Positions 8,852-16,619 of a DNA stretch of 64,000 bases are shown piece after piece; the first letter of the stretch is position 1; every line of letters starts with the position of its first letter. The stretch spans positions 8,978 through 72,977 of IMG/VR virus record IMGVR_UViG_3300009158_000046. One strand, given 5' to 3'. The translations under genes and the position numbers were made by a program. The notes under the pieces are model-generated. The model saw only the letters and a program-made list of their open reading frames with translations, did not search any database and was not told where the DNA came from. The DNA comes from a virus.

Positions 8852-9093
8852 TTGATGTCCTCCTGCACGAGATCGACCAAGTTGGCTGTAAAAGGGCCAT
8901 GAATAGTCATGGCTGGGGACAGGCTGAGGTCGGGAAGATCCTCGCTGTCGAATGACAAGTCAGAGATGATGTCTCCTTTCAGCTCCAGACATGTCGAATT
9001 CAACTCACAAACGAGGCTGTAGGCCTCGTCCTTGCTGTTGGCCTTGACGTAGGCGGTGGCGGCGATCTTGATGTCGATTGCGTAGAGGTTCAC
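8848..9093 (-). CDS. acidic hypothetical protein
   Basis: 81 aa, coupled. Confidence 0.6.
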   Translation of the reverse strand: MNLYAIDIKIAATAYVKANSKDEAYSLVCELNSTCLELKGDIISDLSFDSEDLPDLSLSPAMTIHGPFTANLVDLVQEDIK

Positions 9094-9284
9094 TGGAGCA
9101 ACTCCCCCTCTGGAGTTCCGCTGTGTCGGTTGAGCGTGATCTTGACCTCGACTAGGTAGTTCCAGTCGGGACCAGCCTCGATGAGGTCATGGACCTCCTC
9201 GATCTCCTCGACCTGCTCCATTGCCGTGACGCCGACGCCATTGACGACGTAGGTCCTCAGCACGTTCCAGCGCTTCTCACCCAT
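9090..9284 (-). CDS. hypothetical protein
   Basis: 64 aa, coupled. Confidence 0.6.
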   Translation of the reverse strand: MGEKRWNVLRTYVVNGVGVTAMEQVEEIEEVHDLIEAGPDWNYLVEVKITLNRHSGTPEGELLQ

Positions 9285-9492
9285 CCCTGGACCTCATGAC
9301 GGCCACGACGTTGCGGAGCGGGACGTAGACGGGTCGATCGGTCTTCGGCAGGAGGACGACGATGTCCACCTGGGGGACGCGGGGCATGGGTTCCCACAAG
9401 CAGTTCACGAGCCAGATGCCGGTGCTCAAGAGCACGTCGATGTTGGGGCTGTTGATGTCGACAGTGACTGCCTTGAATTCAGCGAGGGTCAT
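9277..9492 (-). CDS. hypothetical protein
   Basis: 71 aa, AAAGGA RBS. Confidence 0.6.
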   Translation of the reverse strand: MTLAEFKAVTVDINSPNIDVLLSTGIWLVNCLWEPMPRVPQVDIVVLLPKTDRPVYVPLRNVVAVMRSRDG

Positions 9493-9634
9493 TGTTCGAT
9501 CGTCCTTTCAAAAGATCGTGGATCAACTTGGCCTCTCGCTTTGAGATGCGACGGCCAGATCGGTTTGATGCGGCGATAGCCTTGTTGACGGCCACCGGGG
9601 AGTAGCGGACAGGCGGGGGGCGATAGGGCTTCAT
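9479..9634 (-). CDS. 51 aa basic microprotein
   Basis: Manual translation MKPYRPPPVRYSPVAVNKAIAASNRSGRRISKREAKLIHDLLKGRSNNDPR; ATGA overlap with the stop at 9631. Confidence 0.6.
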   Translation of the reverse strand: MKPYRPPPVRYSPVAVNKAIAASNRSGRRISKREAKLIHDLLKGRSNNDPR

Positions 9635-9972
9635 GCTCCCATCCTCCGCTCGGCTTCGACCATGCGGTGGTACTCGGCCTCGTCACGCTGGATGTCGTCC
9701 CAACGGGCGAGGAGGTCGGGGGGAGTGCGGTCGCGGTCCACGACCATGACCTTGCCGGTGCCGCCGCAAGGGTCGCACTCGCGGTCGTAGCGTCCGGCGA
9801 AGTAGTCCTCCTCGAACTCTGGTCCGGCCTCGTCCATCTCGTCGGCCGTGTAGGCACCGAGGTGGAGTGAGTTCTTGCCGTGGCCGTTGCAGGTCGAGCA
9901 GATCTCGAACTTGTAGGGGAGACGGATGGGCTCTTCGCCCTCGCCGTCGTCGATGATGGGGGGATTAGCCAT
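9631..9972 (-). CDS. DnaJ-type CxxCxGxG zinc-ribbon protein
   Basis: CSTCNGHG and CDPCGGTG; start MANPPII. Confidence 0.75.
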   Translation of the reverse strand: MANPPIIDDGEGEEPIRLPYKFEICSTCNGHGKNSLHLGAYTADEMDEAGPEFEEDYFAGRYDRECDPCGGTGKVMVVDRDRTPPDLLARWDDIQRDEAEYHRMVEAERRMGA

Positions 9973-10186
9973 GATCGGGCAGCTCCGGGATGAGGTTGCG
10001 GGTGACGTCAAGCCAGACGCGGTCCTTGCACAGGACGCTCTGGAACACGGGACCATCGAAGGTCCCCTCCCCGATCGTGCATTTGCGCTTGGTCGGGTAG
10101 CGCTCGAAGAAGGCCTTGGCGGCTTGTCGCGGGGTCTTTCCCCGGACGAAGGGCACGCCAGAACGGGTGGCGATGAATTCCTTCAC
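9965..10186 (-). CDS. hypothetical protein
   Basis: GTG start after AGGAG, GTGA-coupled. Confidence 0.55.
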   Translation of the reverse strand: MKEFIATRSGVPFVRGKTPRQAAKAFFERYPTKRKCTIGEGTFDGPVFQSVLCKDRVWLDVTRNLIPELPDHG

Positions 10187-10602
10187 GACAGTCTCTCCTG
10201 CATGGCCTCGATGACCCTGCGCTGCAGGGCGACGATGTCGGCCAGGGTCTGGGGTTCTTCGATGTCGGCGAGTTCGAGCTGCCGGGCCAACGAGACCGGC
10301 AGACGGCACTTTTGTTGAAAGCTTTCAACAGGTTGGCGAGGTGGGGGCGGAGCCGGAGCCGGGATTTCGACCGGCAGTCCAGGGGTCTGGAGACCGGGGA
10401 GACCGAACTCCGCCCGCAGCGTGTCGACGGCTGACTGGAGCTGGTCGACGATCTCCTGGGCCTGCTCGGGCGTGTACTCGTAGGAGTACCGGTTGGTGAG
10501 GTGGCCTAGAATGCGAAACGCCTCCAAAGTGGTTTGGAGGCGTTTCGAGGATAGGCGCTGAAAGTTCTGGGCTTTAGGGCTGTCGTTCAATGGGCACCCC
10601 AT
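10183..10602 (-). CDS. conserved-looking hypothetical phage protein
   Basis: KAQNFQRLSSKRL...LGHLTNRYSYEYTPEQ helical N-terminus and Pro-rich linker; exact start uncertain. Confidence 0.65.
   Translation of the reverse strand: MGCPLNDSPKAQNFQRLSSKRLQTTLEAFRILGHLTNRYSYEYTPEQAQEIVDQLQSAVDTLRAEFGLPGLQTPGLPVEIPAPAPPPPRQPVESFQQKCRLPVSLARQLELADIEEPQTLADIVALQRRVIEAMQERLS
10313..10330. promoter_or_regulatory. Palindromic operator-like site, intragenic
   Basis: Perfect 18 bp palindrome TGTTGAAAGCTTTCAACA. Confidence 0.7.
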
Positions 10603-10759
10603 AAGCGATAGGGACAAGCCGATAGTCGTGGTAGCGCAGGTTCTTGACGATCTCGGCCCACACCTTGTGGGCGAGTTCACGGTTGCTCTCGATCACGCCG
10701 GAGAAATGCCAGGGTGACGACGGAGAAGCCTTGAGTTCGACCCTGTAGTTGTAGGTCAT
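10574..10759 (-). CDS. hypothetical protein
   Basis: MTYNYRVELK..., ATGA-coupled. Confidence 0.6.
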   Translation of the reverse strand: MTYNYRVELKASPSSPWHFSGVIESNRELAHKVWAEIVKNLRYHDYRLVPIAYGVPIERQP

Positions 10760-11229
10760 GCTGCCAGCTCCGTGGTGAGTTCGAATGTCCGTATGCAGAA
10801 AGCAGCCTCGGACATCCAGCGTGGCTTCTGGGCTTCGACAAACTCGGCGACCGAGGAGTTGGGCTCGACACTCCAAGTGTCCACGAGTGCCCGGACCTCG
10901 TCGAAGGTGAGGTGGAACAAGCGCAGATGGGACCTCAAATTCTCGACGTGCAAGGACTGGAACTGGGGGTAGAACCCGGCCCAATACTTGGCGTTCTCGA
11001 CAGCGTGCATCGGTACGCCATCGAAGCTGGAGAGGTGGATCTGGGCCAGCGGTTCAAGGTCAGGCCACTGGGCCACCAGTAGGTGGTGGAGGGTTCCGGC
11101 CTGTTCGAGGCGTCCATCCTTGAACAGCCGTCCAACCAAGGAGAAGTAGGGAGGCTTGCCCGTGATCTTGGCGTCAGCCACGAGCTTGAGGGTGCCGTCC
11201 GGGGACTGGCAGGATCGGATCACAGACAC
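10756..11229 (-). CDS. hypothetical protein
   Basis: 157 aa, IHLSSFDGVPMHAVENAKYW motif. Confidence 0.7.
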   Translation of the reverse strand: MSVIRSCQSPDGTLKLVADAKITGKPPYFSLVGRLFKDGRLEQAGTLHHLLVAQWPDLEPLAQIHLSSFDGVPMHAVENAKYWAGFYPQFQSLHVENLRSHLRLFHLTFDEVRALVDTWSVEPNSSVAEFVEAQKPRWMSEAAFCIRTFELTTELAA

Positions 11230-11504
11230 TGTAATGCTCGCGATTTGAGGGTTTCGGGGTCCCTGATGCCGTCGAGAAACCAGAGACGGAGGAAAATGGG
11301 GACCACGTCGTAGTCCCAGACGTGGTCGGAGAAGGCGGGCGAGAGCGGATCGACGACCATGGAGAACTTGGTCACGAGGTCGCGGGTCTCTGGCGGGCCG
11401 TGCTGCTCAATCAGCGGGCCGTAGCTCGCGTACTCGATCTCGTGCATGTGCAGCCACGCCGCCTGGGCGGTGTTGCAGATGTCCAGCCAGCGCTGTTCAG
11501 CCAT
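11220..11504 (-). CDS. hypothetical protein
   Basis: 94 aa, GGAGG RBS. Confidence 0.65.
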   Translation of the reverse strand: MAEQRWLDICNTAQAAWLHMHEIEYASYGPLIEQHGPPETRDLVTKFSMVVDPLSPAFSDHVWDYDVVPIFLRLWFLDGIRDPETLKSRALQCL

Positions 11505-11844
11505 AGACCACCTCCCCGAACACCCAACCCTGGAAGAACACGTCGGCGTCCTCGGCGTCGTAGTAGTCCATGGTGAAGTCGGGGCGCTGGGCGAGGAGGA
11601 GGTTCAGGCCACGCTGGATGTGCTCGAAGGGCACGCTGGTGGGTTCGTCATCGTCGGGGGTGACGACCAGGATCGTGCTCGCAGGGAGCGTGTAGGTCTC
11701 CGGGTTGGAGTAATCGACGGAGGCCTGATACTTGATCCGGATCTTTTGGCACCAGTAGGACGATCCGCCCTCGACTGCCGTTGTCATGAGTTCGGCAATG
11801 TCCTGGGGGCTGAAGGTCCGGGGGGTGGGGACAATCCAAGTCAT
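11497..11844 (-). CDS. hypothetical protein
   Basis: AVEGGSSYW and YDAEDADVFFQ...FGEVVYG motifs; AAAGGA RBS. Confidence 0.7.
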   Translation of the reverse strand: MTWIVPTPRTFSPQDIAELMTTAVEGGSSYWCQKIRIKYQASVDYSNPETYTLPASTILVVTPDDDEPTSVPFEHIQRGLNLLLAQRPDFTMDYYDAEDADVFFQGWVFGEVVYG

Positions 11845-11858
11845 TGGGAGATCCTTTC

Positions 11859-12260
11859 TCAAGAGACGCGGAACCGGCCGGAGGCCGCGAGGCGGATGCT
11901 CTGGATTTCCGAGTTGTGGCGCGAGTAGTTGGCCTGCAAGACACGCACGTCATTGCGGAGATCCGTGACCTCCTTGGTGAGGTTGAGCAGGAGCTGCTGG
12001 ATCTCGGAGGGGAGCGGAGCCGGAGGCTGTGCCGGTTTCAGGTTCCCGAACTCGGCCTTTCGCAGATAGGCGACGGTGTTGCTCGACACCGGCACGTTCA
12101 TGAAGTCAGCCACGAACTTGGCGACGTTCTCGTCGTCCCAGCCGGGGTTGAACTCGATGAACTCTGTGTCGGGAACCTTGGACGTGACCTCGGTCAGCTT
12201 GTTGTAGATCGAGAGCCGGGTCTTGAAGTCAGCGTTGGTACGCTTGGAAGTCTGTGCCAT
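11859..12260 (-). CDS. hypothetical protein with C-terminal coiled coil
   Basis: Start MAQTSK directly after a palindrome that provides GAAAGGG. Confidence 0.7.
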   Translation of the reverse strand: MAQTSKRTNADFKTRLSIYNKLTEVTSKVPDTEFIEFNPGWDDENVAKFVADFMNVPVSSNTVAYLRKAEFGNLKPAQPPAPLPSEIQQLLLNLTKEVTDLRNDVRVLQANYSRHNSEIQSIRLAASGRFRVS

Positions 12261-12277
12261 GGTTGAAACCCTTTCAG
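12261..12277. promoter_or_regulatory. Palindromic operator-like site over RBS (imperfect copy)
   Basis: Minus strand reads CTGAAAGGGTTTCAACC-ATG. Confidence 0.7.
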
Positions 12278-12459
12278 TCGTCACCAAAGTGATTGGTCGC
12301 GAAATCTTCGACGATCCGGATAGCCTCATCGTGTTCGGAAAAGGCTTCTGGCTCTTCGTCTCGATCAGCCATCGCTGAACGAGCGAGATTGACGACGATT
12401 TGCAGTGCATCAGCCAGATCGAGCCGCACACCGTCGTCTTTGTTTTCATTAACGTTCAT
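12274..12459 (-). CDS. acidic hypothetical protein
   Basis: 61 aa, flanked by two palindrome copies. Confidence 0.65.
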   Translation of the reverse strand: MNVNENKDDGVRLDLADALQIVVNLARSAMADRDEEPEAFSEHDEAIRIVEDFATNHFGDD

Positions 12460-12477
12460 GGTTGAAACCCTTTCAAC
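12460..12477. promoter_or_regulatory. Palindromic operator-like site over RBS
   Basis: Minus strand reads GTTGAAAGGGTTTCAACC-ATG. Confidence 0.75.
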
Positions 12478-12479
12478 GG

Positions 12480-13052
12480 TTAGTAGTCCTGGAATGCTTT
12501 CAGAAGCTGGGTGATGATCTTGTCACCCAGACCAGCGCGGAGCTTGAGAGCTGTCGCCATACATGCGTGGTACATGGCGAGTGCTTTGCGGGAGTCCGGG
12601 TCGTACCCGAAGTCGGATGCCCAGTCCTCGAAGGACGAGTGGTTGATGACACTGGCGTCGAGGAGGATGCAGTAGATGACGTCGAGGTCGTTCGGCTTGA
12701 TTGGCCGGGATCGGTCCAGGGGGTAGAGGTGCCAGTCCTCGGGATTGGCGGCACCGGAGAGCCACTGCGGTTTCGAGGGAAACCCGGTCTCACACTCCGC
12801 CTTGATCCGGCCACGGAGGATGCGACGGTCCCAGGGTGTCTTCTGGGGCAAGGGCTTGAGCAGTCTGGAAACCGGGCACTGCCCGGATCTTGCGCTGTAG
12901 TCCACGTCCACGATGGGGTGCTTGTCCCTGTGCAGGGTCACGCGCCAGTTGAGGCAGGGGTCCTTGTCCGCGTTGCGAGACTTGGAGTGCGGGACGAAAG
13001 CCGAGCTGAGCCACAGGCCCAGCTCGACCTGCAAAACGGCTGGGTCTGCCAT
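12480..13052 (-). CDS. hypothetical protein
   Basis: Start MADPAV; SFEDWASDFGYDPDSRKA motif. Confidence 0.7.
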   Translation of the reverse strand: MADPAVLQVELGLWLSSAFVPHSKSRNADKDPCLNWRVTLHRDKHPIVDVDYSARSGQCPVSRLLKPLPQKTPWDRRILRGRIKAECETGFPSKPQWLSGAANPEDWHLYPLDRSRPIKPNDLDVIYCILLDASVINHSSFEDWASDFGYDPDSRKALAMYHACMATALKLRAGLGDKIITQLLKAFQDY

Positions 13053-13423
13053 CAGACCAACTCGACGATCCGCTTGGTCTCGACGCGGGCGATCAGGACC
13101 ACCCTTGAGACACGGACGAGTTCGACGTGCTTCTCTGAGGCCTTCTGCTCGGCGGTTTCGAGTGCGTCCGGGTATTCGTCGTCGTCGAAGTGGACGTGGT
13201 GCGAACTCCGGATGCCACCGAATGTCTCGTCCCATGTCACCATCCAGCCGTGCTTGGTGTCGGAGGTGTTTCGCTTCACCAAAGCGGCAAAGTTCGATGC
13301 CAGTTGGTCGTACAAATCCTTCGCTTCCTTGAGCGGAAGGTCCGTATGAGCGCGGATCGCCTTGATCGTCTCGATAGGTCCGTTCTTCGACGCACGGATC
13401 AGTTCGTTGATTAAGCCAAGCAT
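13052..13423 (-). CDS. protein with ribosomal L7/L12 C-terminal-like motif
   Basis: IETIKAIRAHTDLPLKEAKDLYD resembles the bL12 CTD consensus (IK.VR..TGLGLKEAKDLVE). Confidence 0.65.
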   Translation of the reverse strand: MLGLINELIRASKNGPIETIKAIRAHTDLPLKEAKDLYDQLASNFAALVKRNTSDTKHGWMVTWDETFGGIRSSHHVHFDDDEYPDALETAEQKASEKHVELVRVSRVVLIARVETKRIVELV

Positions 13424-13437
13424 GGAAGTTCTCCAGG

Positions 13438-13818
13438 TTAGTAGGTGACGTAGTGGGGGTGACCGTTCTCGAAGGCTTCGAGAGCGAGATCGCGGGACTC
13501 GTAGGGTGTCTCGGCAGCCTCCTCAGGGGTGATGAGACACCACGACTGGGGGCCTTCAGCGCCGGACTCGAAGTCGTTGCTCCACTTGATCACTGCCATG
13601 ACGTTGGCTTTGACCGTGGTTGCCCTGCTGAAGGATGCGCAGTCGCAGTCCATGCCCCAGTAGGAGATGCCGACGACACCGTCGTCACTGAGGGCGGCGA
13701 TCCTGCGGGAAAGCGACAGACGCTCGTTGAGCCAGTCCGGGTTGCGGCCGATCCATGTGAGCAACTGACGCCGCAAGGCGGGCTTGGTTTTGTAGATCTC
13801 ACGAAAGGTCGTGGTCAT
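13438..13818 (-). CDS. hypothetical protein
   Basis: 126 aa, MDCDC and RDLALEAFENGHPH motifs. Confidence 0.7.
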   Translation of the reverse strand: MTTTFREIYKTKPALRRQLLTWIGRNPDWLNERLSLSRRIAALSDDGVVGISYWGMDCDCASFSRATTVKANVMAVIKWSNDFESGAEGPQSWCLITPEEAAETPYESRDLALEAFENGHPHYVTY

Positions 13819-14012
13819 GGCATCACCTTGTAGATGCTGTTGCGGGTCTCGAAGACGTTGCGGACGAAGTCAGCCTTCAGCAGACGGCTGGTGACGAGCC
13901 GTTCTGCCGATGGAGCCATTGGATGGGGGTCGATCGGCGTGACCACGAGGTGCGGGGCGGGGTGGAGCCGGATCTCATGAAGGCGGGCTCGATAGAGTGG
14001 TTTACTTGGCAT
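13815..14012 (-). CDS. hypothetical protein
   Basis: MPSKPLYR...FETRNSIY; ATG follows a palindrome copy. Confidence 0.65.
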   Translation of the reverse strand: MPSKPLYRARLHEIRLHPAPHLVVTPIDPHPMAPSAERLVTSRLLKADFVRNVFETRNSIYKVMP

Positions 14013-14027
14013 GTTGAAAGCTTTCAA
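14013..14027. promoter_or_regulatory. Palindromic operator-like site abutting ATG
   Basis: Minus strand reads TTGAAAGCTTTCAAC-ATG. Confidence 0.75.
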
Positions 14028-14066
14028 AGGTTAGAATTGCGGATTTTAGTCCTAGCTTTTGGCCAG

Positions 14067-14100
14067 AAAAGTGCCCGCAGGATCGGGCGAACCTGCGGGC
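14067..14100 (-). terminator. Intrinsic terminator
   Basis: Minus strand GCCCGCAGG-loop-CCTGCGGGC-ACTTTT. Confidence 0.65.
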
Positions 14101-14169
14101 TAGTGGGGGAGGAACGCCCTGAATGGACGACCTGAGAGGATCATATCGCGGGTGCTTGGTGTGCGCTGA

Positions 14170-14676
14170 CTAACTCCTTAGGAGATATTGAGGGAGGTAC
14201 TCCTCGATGATGGAGTGCTTGAGGCCCGTCATGCGGGCGATCTCGTCGATCGACTGCCCTGCGTAGGCACCGATGTCCCGGAATTCCCGGAAGTAGTCCT
14301 CGGCGGGGTCGTAGGAGCCGTCCACGAGGTCCTCCAGCCGGTAGGAGGGGCCAGGGGAGAGCGAGATCACCTGCGAGGGCCTGCCGGTCTCTGTGTGGGC
14401 GTGCAGGGGGTTCACACAGGCCGCGCAGAGGCAGGTTCTCCTGACCAGGGGGGTGTGGTCGTAGAGGTGGTGGTGGAAGGCGTACAGGAGCCTCCTGACG
14501 GCCACTCTGCGGCCGAGGAAACTGACCATGGGGGTTGGCGAGGGGTCAGAACTGCCGACACCCGTCCAGATCCAGTGGATGTGGTTCTCGGGCTCGTCGG
14601 GGAAGCCGAGAGGCTCCTCGATGAACTCGGACATTTTGCGGATGCGGCCACGGAGGAGGTCACGGAGCGATTTCAT
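14170..14676 (-). CDS. HNH-endonuclease-like protein (degenerate) with possible C-terminal HTH
   Basis: WIWTG...RRLLY...TCLCAACVNPLH; AGGAGG RBS. Confidence 0.65.
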   Translation of the reverse strand: MKSLRDLLRGRIRKMSEFIEEPLGFPDEPENHIHWIWTGVGSSDPSPTPMVSFLGRRVAVRRLLYAFHHHLYDHTPLVRRTCLCAACVNPLHAHTETGRPSQVISLSPGPSYRLEDLVDGSYDPAEDYFREFRDIGAYAGQSIDEIARMTGLKHSIIEEYLPQYLLRS

Positions 14677-14747
14677 GGGGCCTCCTGGTAGGGTGGTAGC
14701 TTGAGGTGCCGTGAGGGGCGTCTGCGGGGCTGCTAGGTGCCATGAAG

Positions 14748-14798
14748 GTGGCCGTAGCCGTGGGCGTGGGCGTGGGCCTTGTGGCCGTGGCCGTGGGC
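14748..14798 (+). repeat. Tandem GTGGSC hexamer repeats (8 units)
   Basis: GTGGCC GTAGCC GTGGGC GTGGGC GTGGGC CTT GTGGCC GTGGCC GTGGGC. Confidence 0.8.
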
Positions 14799-14884
14799 GG
14801 GGGGCTGAGCGTTTTCACACAGTGTGCGTAAATTCGCGCAGTGTGGAGTCAAACTCCCATAGAGATCTCACGGATTTTTCGCGC

Positions 14885-15052
14885 TCAAATTACTGATAGA
14901 AAACGGTTAGGAAATAAAAATGGATTTGGGCTTATGATAATACAGCTTTATATCTAGGAGTATTACTTATATATCCTATATATTATTATTTTTCTTTAGT
15001 GGGTGATATAAAAAAATTTACTCCCCCTAAAAACTATCAGGAAACAAAATAG
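14885..15052. other. Very AT-rich non-coding island (candidate origin unwinding element or terminus)
   Basis: For example TATTACTTATATATCCTATATATTATTATTTTTCTTT in a GC-rich genome; no ORF. Confidence 0.55.
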
Positions 15053-15442
15053 CAGCGAAGGCGCTTTCTGCGCCTCCGTTGCCAATCACCCGGTCAAAAC
15101 GCGCTGAAATTGCTGCGTTTTTTCTTATACTCCCAGGGGGGTTCCAAGATTTGGGAGGATGCGGGGACCCCCCGGCCGGCCAGAATTTTGACCGCCAGTC
15201 CATGTCTGCTTGGATCTCTGTAGGAGATACTGCCGTACCTCCCTACGAGTCTGCCGCTGGCACTCACGGCGCTCTTCCCGCATCTTGTCCTTCCACGGAT
15301 TGCACATGTTCGACGTCCTTGTCGTCACCCCTCCCCGGCCACCACCACGGCAACCTCCATGGGAGTATTTGAAACAGCCCAACCCCCGACTCCTTCATAG
15401 GAACGAGAAAATAGGACTATTTCCCTAGATAGCAGGCGCAAC

Positions 15443-15494
15443 TGCTACCTCCTCGCCCACGCACTAGACTGCGCTCGTGGGCGAGGAGGTAGCA
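15443..15494. repeat. Perfect 19 bp inverted repeat with 14 nt loop
   Basis: TGCTACCTCCTCGCCCACG ... CGTGGGCGAGGAGGTAGCA. Confidence 0.85.
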
Positions 15495-15536
15495 ACGAAC
15501 TACGTTGTGGGCGTATATCCGAAGCTATACTTCGAT

Positions 15537-15612
15537 GTTGAAAGGTTTCAACGCTTCCCTATTGGTTGAAAACTTTCAACCAAGACGAGGCCGGTTGAAA
15601 GTTTTCAACCGG
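15537..15612. promoter_or_regulatory. Three phased copies of the GTTGAAA-N2-TTTCAAC palindrome
   Basis: Cores at 15537-15552, 15565-15580 and 15594-15609 (28-29 bp period). Confidence 0.85.
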
Positions 15613-15624
15613 CCCACGCCCGTG

Positions 15625-16107
15625 TCAGCACCCACGCTCGCGCCGGGGACGGGGGCGGATGAAACGGAACTTGGGTGGCGTGGAGATGGTTGGCTCGCGT
15701 AGCGGAACCGACTTCGGCACCTCGGGCGGGAGGTTGCGACAGAAGTCGTTGCGAAGCGCGACCTTGGTGTCGTGCTCGATCTGGCGCTTCTGTTCGGCCA
15801 TCATGGCCTGATAGTAGCGAGCGACCTCGGCATCCTCCTCCGCCTCCTCGATGTCGGCGAGACTCCGCAACACCCTGGCCCCGGCTTTGACCGTGGGCTT
15901 GGGCTTGGGCTCGGACTCGGGCTCGGGGGTGGGCTTGGGGCTGACGATGACACCATGCTCGGTCACATGCACACGGGGCGCACGGGGCGAGCGGATGGGT
16001 GCGAGCGTGGGCTCGGGTGTGGCGCGGGTGATGGTCAGCCCGGAGCGCTCTGCGGCCATCTGTGCGGCCGAAAGCTCCCGGTAATTTCTCTTGCCAACTA
16101 AGAACAT
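15625..16107 (-). CDS. Pro/Glu/Lys-rich hypothetical protein
   Basis: MFLVGKRNY... after AAGGGA; PKPTPEPESEPKPKP linker. Confidence 0.6.
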   Translation of the reverse strand: MFLVGKRNYRELSAAQMAAERSGLTITRATPEPTLAPIRSPRAPRVHVTEHGVIVSPKPTPEPESEPKPKPTVKAGARVLRSLADIEEAEEDAEVARYYQAMMAEQKRQIEHDTKVALRNDFCRNLPPEVPKSVPLREPTISTPPKFRFIRPRPRRERGC

Positions 16108-16122
16108 TTGGTTTTCCCTTTT

Positions 16123-16140
16123 GGTTGAAAGGCTTTCAAC
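16123..16140. promoter_or_regulatory. Palindromic operator-like site
   Basis: GGTTGAAAGGCTTTCAAC just upstream of the RBS of 15625..16107. Confidence 0.75.
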
Positions 16141-16260
16141 GTCATGCACACGCACGCTCGGGCGCGCGGGTGCGGGTGGGCGGGTGGGCGGGTGCGCGCG
16201 TGGGTGCGCGCCTGCGTGGGCGGGCGGGTGCGCGCGTAGGCGCGCGAGGGCAGGTTACGC

Positions 16261-16580
16261 TACCGTCCGGTATCCTACTTGCCGGTATCGCTACCCTACC
16301 GGCAGGTAGGATACCGGCCGGTATGGACGACACCGCGCGGCAATGTCCGCTTGCGGACACAAGTGTGGCGTGGCGCACCCTTGTGTCCGAAACCGTACAA
16401 AAGCCCGACAAAATGAAACCGGCCGGAGCGATTGCGCTCCGGCCGGTTGCGCCTTGCGTCACAAGCGACGCAAGGCGCGGCGACGATGGCGGCGGCGGAT
16501 CATGGCGCGGCGTTCCTGTAGCGTCACGATGACAAGCCAGATGCCGGTTGCGAGGGTGGCGCATAGAAGCGCCACCACGA
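16261..16580. repeat. Cluster of five long inverted repeats
   Basis: 27 bp arms with 2 mismatches (16261-16323); 10 bp (16354-16389); 14 bp (16417-16448, terminator-like on minus); 12 bp (16449-16478); 8 bp (about 16555-16576). Confidence 0.8.
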
Positions 16581-16619
16581 TGCAAAGCCCTAAGGCGTGC
16601 AATTCATCAGGGGAAAGCA

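Noticed and set aside
15125-15382. 85 aa minus-strand ORF in the control region
   Set aside because: SD-like sequences exist before internal starts, but there is no motif support; too uncertain to call
15537-15612. CRISPR mini-array (GTTGAAAG resembles some CRISPR repeat ends)
   Set aside because: Units are 16 bp palindromes with 12-13 nt spacers, far too short, and no cas genes are present
16261-16323. Protelomerase telRL site of a linear plasmid prophage
   Set aside because: The repeat has a 9 nt loop and mismatches, and no protelomerase or ParAB genes are in the window
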